Origin: an uncultured Vicinamibacterales bacterium
Lineage (GTDB): Bacteria > Acidobacteriota > Vicinamibacteria > Vicinamibacterales > JAKQTR01
Reading direction: 5' to 3'
Length of the DNA: 64,000 bases
Assembly (NCBI GenBank): GCA_964547975.1
Contig: CAZJRM010000001.1
Coordinates: forward strand, 5,774 to 69,773
Below the pieces are notes generated by a model. That model searched no databases and was not told the DNA's origin. It saw nothing but the letters and a program-made list of their open reading frames with translations. Each line of letters starts with the position of its first letter. Position 1 is the stretch's first letter. Of the stretch, positions 29,682 to 38,905 are shown in pieces. Both the position numbers and the translations under genes were made by a program.

Positions 29682-30592
29682 TGGCGTACAACCCCCTGCG
29701 CCGGTTCGGCCTGAAGGTACTCTCGGTCGTCATCGCCGTCATGCTGTGGCTGGCGGTCGGCGGCGAGCAGGAGGTGGAGCGGACCCTGCGATCGCCGCTC
29801 GAACTCCAGAACATCCCCGAGGGACTCGAGGTCGTCGGCGAAGCGCCCAGCACGGTCGATGTCCGGGTGCGCGGCACCTCGACCACGCTGGGTCAGTTGT
29901 CGGCCGGCGACGTCGTGACCGTCCTCGACGCCGCGTCGGCCAAACCGCGCCGGCAGTTGTTCCACCTCGGGCCCGACCAGGTCCGCGTGCCGTTTGGTGT
30001 CGAGGTGACGTTCGTCGGCCCCACGACGATTCCGCTGCTCTTCGAGCGGCAGTCCACCAAGAGCGTACCCGTCGCGCCTGCAATCGAAGGACAGCCCGCG
30101 GCGGGATATTTCATCGAGCGCGTGACGGTCGAGCCCGCCGAGGTCGAGGTGATCGGGCCGGAGTCGGCGCTGCGCGCCGTGCAGCAGGCCGCCACCGAGA
30201 CGGTGGAACTCACGGGCGCGACGGGCCCGATCCGCGAAACGGTCAATATCGGTCTTCCCGACAGTTCCGCGCGCCTGCGGATGCCGCACACGGCGCGGGT
30301 CACCGTCAGCATCGCACCTGTCCGATCGGAACGCACCCTGAGCGCCGTGCCCGTGCGGATGCGGAGTCTGCGCGCCGGCCTCTCGGCCAGCGCCTCGCCA
30401 TCCAACGTGGCCGTGACGCTCCGCGGCCCGGACGACGCCCTGCGGGCGTTGACGACGGATCAGGTCGAGGTCTCCGTCGACCTGGCCGGCCTGGGACCCG
30501 GCCGCTACACCCTCGATGTCCGGACGTCGTCGCTCCGGTCGCTCGGTGTCGTGCGGTCCGCACCGCAGCAGGTTCAGATCATCATCCGATGA
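29681..30592 (+). CDS. cdaR: YbbR-domain protein, CdaA regulator CdaR-like
   Basis: N-terminal TM helix followed by repeated beta-rich YbbR-like segments. It sits between cdaA and glmM with overlaps at both ends. Confidence 0.7.
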   Translation: MAYNPLRRFGLKVLSVVIAVMLWLAVGGEQEVERTLRSPLELQNIPEGLEVVGEAPSTVDVRVRGTSTTLGQLSAGDVVTVLDAASAKPRRQLFHLGPDQVRVPFGVEVTFVGPTTIPLLFERQSTKSVPVAPAIEGQPAAGYFIERVTVEPAEVEVIGPESALRAVQQAATETVELTGATGPIRETVNIGLPDSSARLRMPHTARVTVSIAPVRSERTLSAVPVRMRSLRAGLSASASPSNVAVTLRGPDDALRALTTDQVEVSVDLAGLGPGRYTLDVRTSSLRSLGVVRSAPQQVQIIIR

Positions 30593-31932
30593 CCCACTCA
30601 CTCTTCGGCACCGACGGCGTGCGCGGGCGCGCCGGCACGTACCCGCTCGACGGCGACACGATTCGCCGCCTCGGCACCGCCCTGGTTCGGGCGTTGCCGC
30701 ACTCGGCGGAACCGACTCACCTCCTGATCGGCCGCGACACCCGCGAGTCGGGCGAGTGGATCGAACGTGAGCTGGCGTTCGGCGCGAGGTCGGCCGGCGC
30801 GGAGGTCGTCAGCGCCGGGGTGATTCCGACACCGGCCGTGGCGGTCCTGACCGGCAGCCAGCACTTCGTCGCGGGGATCGTCATCTCGGCCTCGCACAAT
30901 CCGTTCGAAGACAACGGCATCAAGGTGTTTGCCGGCACCGGCGAGAAGTACACCGAGGCGCTGGAATCCGAAGTCGAGGCCATCGTCGCCGACCGATCGT
31001 GGGCGACCCCGGAGGGTGAGGCCGGACCGGTGCCGTTGACCGACTATTCGGCCGCCTACCTCGCGCACGCCCGCGCGACGCTCGGCGGCACGGCGCCGCC
31101 GCACGCCGTGCGCGTGGCGATGGACTGCGCGAACGGCGCGACCTTCGAGGTCGCGCCCGCGCTGTTCCGCGACCTGGGCTTCGACCTCGTCACGATGGGC
31201 ACCTCGCCCAACGGGCGCAACATCAACCTGGACTGCGGATCGACCCATCCGGAGCGCCTCGCCCGCGTGGTCGTCGAATCCGGGTGCGCCCTGGGAGTCG
31301 CCTTCGACGGCGACGGAGATCGCGCGCTCTTCGTCGACGCATCGGGTCGCATGGTCGATGGCGACGCGGTGATGTACCTCTGCGCGAAACGGATGGCGGA
31401 GCGCGGCACGCTGCGCGGCGGGGCCGTCGCGGCGACGGTCATGAGCAACATCGGCCTGGAAATCGCGCTTCGCGATCTCGGGATCGGGATGCTCCGCTGC
31501 CCGGTCGGCGACAAGTACGTGATGGAAGAGATGATGCAGCGAGGACTTGCCATCGGCGGCGAGCAGTCCGGCCACATCATCTTCATGGACACGCTGTTCA
31601 CGGGAGACGGCATCGTCACGGCGCTCAACGTGCTGCGGGTGATGGCGGAAACCGGGCGGTCGCTGGCCGAGCTGGCCCAGGGCTACCGGGCGTTCCCGCA
31701 GGTCCTGCTCAACGTGCGGGTTCGCGAGAAGCGGGACTGGAAGGGCGTGCCGGCCATCGCCGATGCGGTGGCAAGCGTCGAGACCCGCCTGGCGGGCCGC
31801 GGCCGGCTGCTGGTGCGGTATTCGGGAACCGAACCGCTCCTGCGCGTGATGATCGAAGGCGAACGCGACGACGAGATTGCGGCGTGGGCGAGGGAGATTG
31901 CCGACGCGGTCGGCGCCGCGCTCGGCGCGTGA
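30589..31932 (+). CDS. glmM: Phosphoglucosamine mutase GlmM
   Basis: I trimmed the track ORF 29566..31932 to ATG 30589 (ATGA overlap). LFGTDGVRG, phosphoserine loop [19 protein letters not shown]. Confidence 0.95.
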   Translation: MTHSLFGTDGVRGRAGTYPLDGDTIRRLGTALVRALPHSAEPTHLLIGRDTRESGEWIERELAFGARSAGAEVVSAGVIPTPAVAVLTGSQHFVAGIVISASHNPFEDNGIKVFAGTGEKYTEALESEVEAIVADRSWATPEGEAGPVPLTDYSAAYLAHARATLGGTAPPHAVRVAMDCANGATFEVAPALFRDLGFDLVTMGTSPNGRNINLDCGSTHPERLARVVVESGCALGVAFDGDGDRALFVDASGRMVDGDAVMYLCAKRMAERGTLRGGAVAATVMSNIGLEIALRDLGIGMLRCPVGDKYVMEEMMQRGLAIGGEQSGHIIFMDTLFTGDGIVTALNVLRVMAETGRSLAELAQGYRAFPQVLLNVRVREKRDWKGVPAIADAVASVETRLAGRGRLLVRYSGTEPLLRVMIEGERDDEIAAWAREIADAVGAALGA

Positions 31933-31975
31933 CCGCGCCGGGGCCCGGACTCGGACGGGCCGGCAGGTGGAGACG

Positions 31976-32686
31976 ATGATGCGACTGGGAGTGAATATCG
32001 ATCACATCGCGACGATCCGGCAGGCGCGTCGGGCGTCCGAGCCGGACCCCGTGGCGGCGGCGGTCATCGCCGAACTGGCCGGGGCCGAGGGCATCACCGT
32101 GCATCTGCGCGGAGACCGGCGCCACATCCAGGACCGCGACGTCGACCTGCTGCGGCAGACGCTGCGGACGAGGCTGAACATCGAGATGGCGGCCACGGAG
32201 GACATGGTGGCCATCGCCGCCCGCGTGCGGCCGTACCAGGTGACGCTCGTGCCGGAACGGCCGGAAGAGGTGACGACGACCGGCGGGCTCGACGTCGCCC
32301 ACCATGCCGCGGCCGTCCGGCGAGCCGTCGAGGTGTGCCGGCCGCTCGGCATCAAGGTCAGCCTCTTCGTCGACGCCTTCGATGAACAGGTGGAGGCGTC
32401 GAAGGCCGCCGGCGCCGATGCGATCGAGATCAACACCGGGCCCTACGCGGACGCGCCGGACGGAGACAAGCCCGCGCAGATCGGGCGCCTGCGGCGCACG
32501 GCGGAACGCGCCTCGGCCGAAGGGCTGGAGGTGCTGGCGGGACACGGCCTCACGTACTTCAACGTGCGGCCCGTCGTGGCGCTGCCGCATATCGTGGAGT
32601 TGAACATCGGCCACAGCATCGTGTCCCGCGCGGCGCTCGTCGGTCTCGACCGGGCCGTGCGCGAGATGGTGGCGCTGCTGCAATGA
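31976..32686 (+). CDS. pdxJ: Pyridoxine 5'-phosphate synthase PdxJ
   Basis: [35 protein letters not shown]-like AGHGLTY. Confidence 0.9.
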   Translation: MMRLGVNIDHIATIRQARRASEPDPVAAAVIAELAGAEGITVHLRGDRRHIQDRDVDLLRQTLRTRLNIEMAATEDMVAIAARVRPYQVTLVPERPEEVTTTGGLDVAHHAAAVRRAVEVCRPLGIKVSLFVDAFDEQVEASKAAGADAIEINTGPYADAPDGDKPAQIGRLRRTAERASAEGLEVLAGHGLTYFNVRPVVALPHIVELNIGHSIVSRAALVGLDRAVREMVALLQ

Positions 32687-33459
32687 CCGGGTATGCCCGT
32701 GCGATGGCGATCGTGATGGTGGCCGTTGCCGCATCCGGCTCGCTCGTGGCGTCCGGCTTCCTGCGACCGGGCTCAGGGCCGGTCAGCCGGACGACGATGG
32801 CCGTCTCGACCGACGTCCAGTCCGTGACGTTCGCGGCGCGCGACGGCGTCACTGTCTTCGGTACGATCTACCTGCCCGAACGGCTGCCCGCGCCTGCCGT
32901 GCTGCTGCTGCCGATGGCGGGACGCACCCGGCAGGAGTGGGATGATGGCGCGAACGCCCTGGCGCGGGCCGGGATGGCGGCCCTGGCGATCGACTTCCGG
33001 CGCGGCGGCGGGCCCTCCGGCGGCGACGGCACCGGAGAGGGCGAGTCGTACGCCGACCTCGTGTTCGACGCCGAGGCGGCTCGCGCCTATCTGGCCGCCC
33101 GTCCCGACATCGTGGCGTCGCGAATCGGCATCGCCGGGGCATCGCTCGGCGCCAACGTCGCGGTCCTGGCGGCGGCCAACGATCCCATGGTGCGATCGCT
33201 GGCGTTGCTGTCCGTATCGCTCGAGTACCGCGGCCTCAGGATCGAGCAGGCCATGGTGAAGTTCGGCAACCGTCCCGCGCTGCTCGTGTCGAGTTCTGAA
33301 GACTACTACGCGTGGCGTTCGGCGCGCACGCTCGTGACCGCCGGTGACGGCCCCCGGGAACTGCGCGTCCTGTCCGACGCGGGCCACGGGATGGTGATGC
33401 TGGCGCGCCATCCCGAACTGGTCGACGCGGTTGTGGACTGGTTCGCGCGCACGTTATGA
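32683..33459 (+). CDS. Alpha/beta hydrolase (dienelactone-hydrolase/S9-like)
   Basis: Nucleophile elbow GIAGASLGA and a C-terminal His (DAGHGM). ATGA overlap with pdxJ. Confidence 0.65.
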   Translation: MTGYARAMAIVMVAVAASGSLVASGFLRPGSGPVSRTTMAVSTDVQSVTFAARDGVTVFGTIYLPERLPAPAVLLLPMAGRTRQEWDDGANALARAGMAALAIDFRRGGGPSGGDGTGEGESYADLVFDAEAARAYLAARPDIVASRIGIAGASLGANVAVLAAANDPMVRSLALLSVSLEYRGLRIEQAMVKFGNRPALLVSSSEDYYAWRSARTLVTAGDGPRELRVLSDAGHGMVMLARHPELVDAVVDWFARTL

Positions 33460-33480
33460 TCGAGACAAAGGTCCCTCATC

Positions 33481-34077
33481 ATGAAATCTGAGTCTGTGGT
33501 GTACGCCATCGCTGGCACGTTGTTCGGGTTCATCATCGGTTGGATCGTCGGCACGCAGCAGGCGCCGGGACACGTGGCGGCGGGCGTGCCGAACACCGCG
33601 GCGAGCCAGGCGTCCGCGCCGGCGCAGGCGGGCGCGATGCCGCCCGCGTCGCAGCCGATGCTCGACGAAGCCCAGGTGACGGCCATGCGGAACGTGGCCG
33701 ACCGCGATCCGAAGAACGTGGAATCGCGCATCCAGTTGGGCAACATGTACTTCGACGCCGAGCGGTACCAGGACGCGATCCGTTGGTACCAGGACGCGCT
33801 CGCGCTGAAGCCGAATGACCCCGATGTCAGCACCGATCTGGCCATCTGCTTCTACTACACCAGCCAGGTCGACAAGTCGCTCGCGCAGTTCGAGCAGTCG
33901 CTCGCCATGAGCCCGTCGCACGTGAAGACGTACCTGAACATGGGCGTGGTCAAGAACTTCGGCAAGCAGGACGTCGCGGGTGCGCGGGCGGCGTGGCAGA
34001 AAGTCCTCTCGCTCGCCCCGGGAACGCAGGAGGCCCAGGCGGCCCAGCGGTTTCTCGACAGCGTGGCCGGCAAGTAG
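33481..34077 (+). CDS. Membrane-anchored TPR-repeat protein
   Basis: N-terminal TM helix, then TPR pattern (LGNMYFDAERYQDAIRWYQDALALKPNDPD..). Confidence 0.7.
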   Translation: MKSESVVYAIAGTLFGFIIGWIVGTQQAPGHVAAGVPNTAASQASAPAQAGAMPPASQPMLDEAQVTAMRNVADRDPKNVESRIQLGNMYFDAERYQDAIRWYQDALALKPNDPDVSTDLAICFYYTSQVDKSLAQFEQSLAMSPSHVKTYLNMGVVKNFGKQDVAGARAAWQKVLSLAPGTQEAQAAQRFLDSVAGK

Positions 34078-34092
34078 ACGGTCCGGCGGCCC

Positions 34093-34374
34093 ATGCTCAC
34101 GCGATTCCTCCTCTGGGCGCTGCTGCTGACGCTCGTGTTCCGCGCCATCGGGCGGATCATTCGCGGCATCGCCGAAGGCGCAGGCGGGGCGCCGCCGCGC
34201 CGCCGGGAGGGCGGCCGGTCCTCCACGACGACGCCGGCGAAAGGGGAGTTGATGGCGCGCGACCCCGTGTGTGGCACGTACGTCGTGCAGTCGCGCGCCG
34301 TGTCGGCCCGGGGGCGCGACGGCGTGCAATACTTCTGTTCGGAGAAGTGCCGCAGCGAGTACCTGAAGTCGTAG
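34093..34374 (+). CDS. Small membrane-anchored TRASH/YHS-type metal-binding domain protein
   Basis: N-terminal TM helix. C-x21-C-x3-C spacing (DPVCG...YFCSEKC). Confidence 0.6.
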   Translation: MLTRFLLWALLLTLVFRAIGRIIRGIAEGAGGAPPRRREGGRSSTTTPAKGELMARDPVCGTYVVQSRAVSARGRDGVQYFCSEKCRSEYLKS

Positions 34375-34424
34375 CCCGCTTCCGAAGCGGTCCGATCGTC
34401 TGATTGGCGTGGCGGGGCGACTGG

Positions 34425-34449
34425 CGTGGGGCAGGGCTTCAGCCCTGCC
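34425..34449 (+). repeat. REP-like hairpin copy R4 (CGTGG + GGCAGGGC / TTCA / GCCCTGCC)
   Basis: Perfect 8-bp inverted repeat in the spacer before the dehydrogenase gene. Confidence 0.8.
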
Positions 34450-34490
34450 TGACAAGAGGCAGCGCGACTCCGCGACAGGATGACCCGCTC

Positions 34491-35447
34491 ATGAGCCAAC
34501 CCCGAGTCCTCGTCACGCGCCGTATTCCCGCGTCCGTCCTCGCGCGCCTCGAGGCGTCCTGTGACGTGGATGTCTACAGGGGGACCGGCGCCATCCCCCG
34601 CGACGAGCTGCGCGCCGGCCTGCGCGACAAGCTGGGCCTGGTCTGCGTGCTGACGGATCGGATCGACGGTGAGGTCCTCGACGCGGCCCCGGCGCTGCGG
34701 GTGGTCGCCAACATCGCCGTCGGCTACGACAACTTCGACGTGGCGGCCGCGAACGCGCGCGGCGTCATCATGACGAACACGCCGGACGTGCTGACCGAAG
34801 CCACGGCCGACCTCACCTGGGCGCTGATCCTCGGCATCATGCGCCGCGTCACCGAAGGTGATCGCCTGATCCGCCGGGGCGGGTGGACCGGGTGGGCGCT
34901 CGACTTCATGCTGGGCTCGGACCTCCGCGGCAAACAGCTGGGGATCGTCGGCCTGGGCCGTATCGGTTCGGCGGTCGCCCGCCGGGCTGCCGCCTTCGGC
35001 ATGCGCGTGGCGTACGCCACGCTGCCGGGCGCGCCGCCGGCGGCGACGTCGGGATTCGCGGCGCTGGGCTTCGACGAACTCCTCGCCTCGTCCGACGTCG
35101 TGTCGTTGCACGTGCCGCTGACGCCGGAGACACGCGGTCTCATCGATCGCACGGCGCTCGCGCGAATGAGACGCAGCGCGTATCTCGTCAACACCTCGCG
35201 CGGGCCGGTCGTGGACGAAGAGGGGCTCGCCTGGGCGCTGCGTGAAGGTCTCATCGCCGGGGCCGCGCTCGACGTCTTCGAACGCGAACCCCTCGTGCAC
35301 CCCGACCTCGTGGGGATCGAGAACGTCCTGCTCGCCCCGCATCTCGGTAGCGCGACGATCGAAACACGCACCGCGATGGCCGATCTCGCCGTCTCCAACG
35401 TGCTCGCCGTGCTCGCCGGTCAACCGCCGATCACGCCCATCGCCTGA
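34491..35447 (+). CDS. D-isomer-specific 2-hydroxyacid dehydrogenase (glyoxylate/hydroxypyruvate reductase-like)
   Basis: I trimmed the track ORF to ATG 34491. NAD-binding GIVGLGRIGSAVARR, SRGPVVDE and HLGSAT catalytic region. Confidence 0.85.
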   Translation: MSQPRVLVTRRIPASVLARLEASCDVDVYRGTGAIPRDELRAGLRDKLGLVCVLTDRIDGEVLDAAPALRVVANIAVGYDNFDVAAANARGVIMTNTPDVLTEATADLTWALILGIMRRVTEGDRLIRRGGWTGWALDFMLGSDLRGKQLGIVGLGRIGSAVARRAAAFGMRVAYATLPGAPPAATSGFAALGFDELLASSDVVSLHVPLTPETRGLIDRTALARMRRSAYLVNTSRGPVVDEEGLAWALREGLIAGAALDVFEREPLVHPDLVGIENVLLAPHLGSATIETRTAMADLAVSNVLAVLAGQPPITPIA

Positions 35448-35451
35448 CGCC

Positions 35452-36132
35452 ATGCCACCACGCGCGCTGCCCCTGCCGAATCCCCGGGACGTCGAGTGGA
35501 CCATGCGCCGCCTGGCGCGTGCCATCACCGGCCTCGAGCTCCCCGTCGTCGAGAAGATCGCCGAAGCCCAGAAGGAAGACGCCTTCCAGGTGCTCATCGC
35601 GACATTGCTGTCGGCGCGTACGCAGGATGCGACCACGGCGGCGGCGTCCGGACGCCTGTTCGCGGCGGCTCCGGACGCGAAGACAATGGCGACGTTGCCG
35701 GTGAAGCGGATCGAGAAGCTGATCTATCCCGTGAGCTTCTATCGGACGAAAGCCGTCCACGTGAAGGAGACGTGCCGTCTCCTCCTCGACACCTTCGGTG
35801 GGCGGGTGCCGGGCACGATGGACGAGCTGCTGACGCTGCCGGGCGTCGGCCGGAAGACGGCAAACCTCGTGCTGATCCTGGGCTTCAAGAGCCTGCGCAA
35901 CATCTGCGTCGACACGCACGTGCACCGCATCTCGAACCGTATGGGCTGGGTGCGGACCCGCACGCCCGACGAGACCGAGCAGGCGCTCTACGAGCGGACG
36001 CCGGCCCGCTGGTGGCCGTATATCAACCTGTACCTCGTGACGTGGGGCCAGAACGTCTGCCGCCCGATCACGCCGAAGTGCGGCGAGTGCGTGCTGGTGG
36101 AGCGATGCCCGAGGCTGGGGACTGGCACCTAG
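35452..36132 (+). CDS. nth: Endonuclease III (Nth)
   Basis: I trimmed the track ORF to ATG 35452. HhH-GPD (LPGVGRKTANLVL, VDTHVHR) and a 4Fe-4S Cys cluster C-x6-C-x2-C-x5-C (CRPITPKCGECVLVERC). Confidence 0.85.
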   Translation: MPPRALPLPNPRDVEWTMRRLARAITGLELPVVEKIAEAQKEDAFQVLIATLLSARTQDATTAAASGRLFAAAPDAKTMATLPVKRIEKLIYPVSFYRTKAVHVKETCRLLLDTFGGRVPGTMDELLTLPGVGRKTANLVLILGFKSLRNICVDTHVHRISNRMGWVRTRTPDETEQALYERTPARWWPYINLYLVTWGQNVCRPITPKCGECVLVERCPRLGTGT

Positions 36133-36133
36133 C

Positions 36134-36279
36134 GCCTGGAGCCTGGGGCCTGGAGCCTGAACTGAGCTCGACCTGAAGCCGGAGTCGTGCGGGATCCTGG
36201 CTCTGCAGGCCGAGAGCCGTGCGCCTCCACGAGCCGCCAACCGCCAACCGCGAGCCGCGAGCCGTGAGCCATGAGCCTG
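36134..36279 (+). repeat. Heptanucleotide tract A: GCCTGGR x4 (36134-36161) and GAGCCGC-type x7 (36231-36279)
   Basis: Read directly: GCCTGGA GCCTGGG GCCTGGA GCCTGAA; then GAGCCGC CAACCGC CAACCGC GAGCCGC GAGCCGT GAGCCAT GAGCCTG. Confidence 0.8.
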
Positions 36280-36282
36280 ATG

Positions 36283-36288
36283 TATCAT
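36283..36288 (+). promoter_or_regulatory. -10-like box TATCAT (context ATGTATCAT) downstream of tract A
   Basis: It shares the TGTAT..T context with the boxes at 38030-38037 (minus strand) and 60530-60537. No -35 is recognisable. Confidence 0.35.
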
Positions 36289-36347
36289 TCCCCCGTCGGG
36301 AGCGTATCGGTACGCCACCCGGCGCGTTTCTTTCAAGGAGTGAACTC

Positions 36348-36896
36348 ATGCGGCAGGTTTCTCGTGTCGTCGTGGCGCTGGCGTGTGCCGCGTCGTGGGC
36401 GGTTGGGGCCGGAATCGCGTCGGCGCAGCCGGCGCCCGCGGCAGGCAACCCCATCGTCGTGATCGAATTGCCCAGGGGCTCCGTCACCATCGAGCTGTAT
36501 CCGGCGGAGGCACCCAAGACCGTCGAGAACTTCCTGAAGCTGGTCAAGTCCAACTTCTACAACCGTCAGCACTTCCACCGGGTCGAGGGCTTCGTCGTCC
36601 AGGTCGGCGACCCCGATTCGAAGAGTCTCGATCGCAAGGACAGCTGGGGCCGTCGCGGCAACGGCAAGCCCATTGGCGTGGCCGAGATCAGCAAGAAGCT
36701 GAAGCACATCAAGGGTGCCGTGGGGATGGCGCACGCCGGCGATGCCACGAAGGCCGACAGCCAGTTCTACATCACCAAGCTGCCGAGAAAGATCCCCGAA
36801 GGGCAGTACGCGATATTCGGACAGGTCATCTCGGGGATGGATGTGGTCGACAAGATCGAATTGGGGGATCTGATCAAGCGGATGTATGTAAAATAG
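36348..36896 (+). CDS. ppiA: Periplasmic cyclophilin-type peptidyl-prolyl isomerase
   Basis: I trimmed the track ORF to ATG 36348 (SD AAGGAG, signal peptide). FHRVEGFVVQVGDP, FYIT, FGQVISGMDVVDKI. Confidence 0.9.
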   Translation: MRQVSRVVVALACAASWAVGAGIASAQPAPAAGNPIVVIELPRGSVTIELYPAEAPKTVENFLKLVKSNFYNRQHFHRVEGFVVQVGDPDSKSLDRKDSWGRRGNGKPIGVAEISKKLKHIKGAVGMAHAGDATKADSQFYITKLPRKIPEGQYAIFGQVISGMDVVDKIELGDLIKRMYVK

Positions 36897-36997
36897 GCTT
36901 GTCCGGCAGGGCGCGCAGCGACCCAGAGGCGAATCCGGGAACGACCTGTCACCACCGATGTGGTTGGCGTTCCGGCGAATCAACTTTGAGCCAGCGA

Positions 36998-38023
36998 CTA
37001 CTCCTCTGAGTCAGCGTCCCCTGCCGGCTCTTCTGTCTCTGTCCCGTCCATGCCCTCGAATAGCCCTTCTGGCGGCCTTCGCGTTTCCGCGGCCGCGAAC
37101 GGCCGCATGAACGGGTAACGCTTCAGCATCTCCTCCGAGTACCGTCCCGCGACCGGCTCTCCAATCTGGTGTTTCATGGTCGCCGCGTTGGCGACCGCCT
37201 TCGCCGCGAAGTGGTTGTTCATGAAGACGTAGATCTTCTGGACCAGGCGACGGACGTTCGAGACGATGTCGCTGAACTCCGAGACTTCCGACGGCGAGTA
37301 CAGGTAGTTGTACCGTTCGTCTTGATGGTCGTGGGCCCACCACTTCTCGGCGTTGCGGCCGTGCAGCCGCATGTAGTAGAGACCGCGCAGGTTGGGAAGG
37401 TGGTTCTGACGGATGGAGAAGCGGAACTTGGGCTCGTCGATCTGGGCCCACGCGGCACCCAGGCCGTTGAGCAGCCCGAGGGTCTCGACGACCCGATCGC
37501 TCCAGCTCCGGTGCCGGAGTTCCACCGCCACCGGGTAGGCCCTGAATGCCTCGAGCAGCCAGGCGAGGTACGCGCGTGTATCGGGGGCATCGCGGAAACT
37601 CGGTGGGAATTGCGCCAGGAGGGCGCCGATCTTGCCCGCGCGGGCCAGCGGATCGATGGCGGTTCTGAACGCGTCCACATCCGCCATCGAGACCACCGGC
37701 AAGGCCGACGTGACCGCGTCGGCCGGGGGCGCGCCGCCGTGGGCGTGTTGGTACATGGCCGGGTGCGTGAACTTCTGGAAGAGCTTCATCGCGAAGTCGA
37801 AGTCGGCTGGCGTTCGTTTCGCCCACGCGCGCGTCGTGTCGGGGGTCGGAAGGCGGTAGAAGCTCGAATTCACCTCGACCGTGTTGAAATGTTCGGCGTA
37901 ATACGCCAGTTCGTCGAAACGCCTGCCCCCGGAAGACCGGGAAGCCGGATAGAAGATCCCGTTCCACGTCCCCTGCCCGGACGGATAACTCCAACCGGAG
38001 GTGCCGATGCGCACGTCGCCCAT
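36998..38023 (-). CDS. DUF72 (UPF0759) family protein
   Basis: I trimmed the track ORF 36998..38161 to ATG 38023. The extension only translates the repeat tract (PFPVPYRLFPFP..). It has the family N-terminus VRIGTSGWSYPS and an acidic C-terminal tail. Confidence 0.85.
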   Translation of the reverse strand: MGDVRIGTSGWSYPSGQGTWNGIFYPASRSSGGRRFDELAYYAEHFNTVEVNSSFYRLPTPDTTRAWAKRTPADFDFAMKLFQKFTHPAMYQHAHGGAPPADAVTSALPVVSMADVDAFRTAIDPLARAGKIGALLAQFPPSFRDAPDTRAYLAWLLEAFRAYPVAVELRHRSWSDRVVETLGLLNGLGAAWAQIDEPKFRFSIRQNHLPNLRGLYYMRLHGRNAEKWWAHDHQDERYNYLYSPSEVSEFSDIVSNVRRLVQKIYVFMNNHFAAKAVANAATMKHQIGEPVAGRYSEEMLKRYPFMRPFAAAETRRPPEGLFEGMDGTETEEPAGDADSEE

Positions 38024-38029
38024 GGGGGG

Positions 38030-38035
38030 ACTATA
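38030..38035 (-). promoter_or_regulatory. -10 box TATAGT (context GTGTATAGT) 6 nt upstream of the DUF72 ATG; predicts a leaderless mRNA
   Basis: The minus strand reads CGTGTATAGTCCCCCCATG. Confidence 0.45.
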
Positions 38036-38244
38036 CACGGAGGGGAAAGGGAATAGGCGATAGGGAACTGGGAAAGGAAAGGGGAAGGGGAATAGGCGAT
38101 AGGGAACAGGGAAAGGGAACCGGGAACAGGGAAGAGGGATCAGGCGAGAGGCTAGAGGCAACGGCCGCGTGCCGGAAGCCGGAAGGCGAGCGCCTGGGGT
38201 CGGTGAGCAAGGTCGAAAGCCTGAAGCCGCGAGCCACGAGCCGG
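38036..38244 (+). repeat. Heptanucleotide tract B, filling the divergent DUF72/queE intergenic region
   Basis: A 20-bp perfect direct repeat GGGAATAGGCGATAGGGAAC occurs at 38049-38068 and 38088-38107. The stretch 38119-38244 reads as 18 heptamers in one register (ACCGGGA ACAGGGA AGAGGGA TCAGGCG AGAGGCT AGAGGCA ... AAGCCTG AAGCCGC GAGCCAC GAGCCGG). Confidence 0.8.
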
Positions 38245-38250
38245 TAGAAT
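38245..38250 (+). promoter_or_regulatory. -10 box TAGAAT 12 nt upstream of the queE ATG (near-leaderless)
   Basis: GGTAGAATAGTACCGTCGCCATG. The same TAGAATAG octamer appears in the tRNA promoter. Confidence 0.45.
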
Positions 38251-38262
38251 AGTACCGTCGCC

Positions 38263-38904
38263 ATGTTGACGATCAGCGAGATCTTCCATTCGATTCAGGG
38301 CGAGTCGTCGTACGCCGGCTTGCCGTGTGTCTTCGTGCGCCTCGCGGCCTGTGATCTGCGATGTGCCTGGTGCGACACGCCGTACGCGTTCACCGGCGGC
38401 ACGAAGATGTCGATCGACGACGTGATCGCGTCGGTCGAGCGGACCGGTTGCCGGATCGTCGAGGTAACGGGCGGCGAGCCGCTCCTGCAGGACGACGTCT
38501 ACCCGCTGATGGCGGCCCTTCGGGACCGGGGCCTGACGGTGCTGCTGGAAACGGGCGGCCACCTGCCCATCGACCGCGTACCCGCCGGCGTCGTGCGAAT
38601 CGTCGACGTGAAATGCCCGGCGAGCGGCGAGTCGGCGCGCAACCACTGGCCCAATCTCGAGGTGTTGCGCCCGTCCGACGAGGTGAAGTTCGTGATCCAG
38701 GACCGCGCCGACTACGATTTCGCGAAGCAGGTCGTGAAGCGGCACCACCTCGCGGGACGCTGCGCGGGCGTGCTGTTCTCGCCGGTTCACGGCGTCCTGG
38801 CGCCGGCACAGCTGTCGGAGTGGATCCTGGCCGACCGCCTGGACGTGCGGCTGCAGCTGCAGGTGCACAAGTACATCTGGGCGCCGGACACGCGCGGAGT
38901 CTGA
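38263..38904 (+). CDS. queE: 7-carboxy-7-deazaguanine synthase QueE (radical SAM)
   Basis: [10 protein letters not shown] and Cys cluster [12 protein letters not shown]. Confidence 0.9.
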   Translation: MLTISEIFHSIQGESSYAGLPCVFVRLAACDLRCAWCDTPYAFTGGTKMSIDDVIASVERTGCRIVEVTGGEPLLQDDVYPLMAALRDRGLTVLLETGGHLPIDRVPAGVVRIVDVKCPASGESARNHWPNLEVLRPSDEVKFVIQDRADYDFAKQVVKRHHLAGRCAGVLFSPVHGVLAPAQLSEWILADRLDVRLQLQVHKYIWAPDTRGV

Positions 38905-38905
38905 C

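Noticed and set aside
29566-31932. 5' extensions of track ORFs. Examples: glmM as 788 aa; 20072..24223 as 1383 aa; 48340..50397 as 685 aa; 8263..9666; 19428..20849; 56889..58652.
   Set aside because: The extensions overlap the preceding real gene in another frame and lack motifs. Internal starts coincide with conserved N-termini, SD sequences or ATGA/GTGA overlaps.
36134-38244. Heptamer tracts or hairpin repeats as a degenerate CRISPR array or minisatellite-encoded protein.
   Set aside because: The units are 7 nt with no spacers and no cas genes. ORFs across them have no start context and translate to PFP/GKG-type nonsense.
38024-38262. A preQ1 riboswitch upstream of queE-queC.
   Set aside because: The predicted -10 box is only 12 nt from the ATG, leaving no room for an aptamer. 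No preQ1-type hairpin or ACUA-tail motif was seen.
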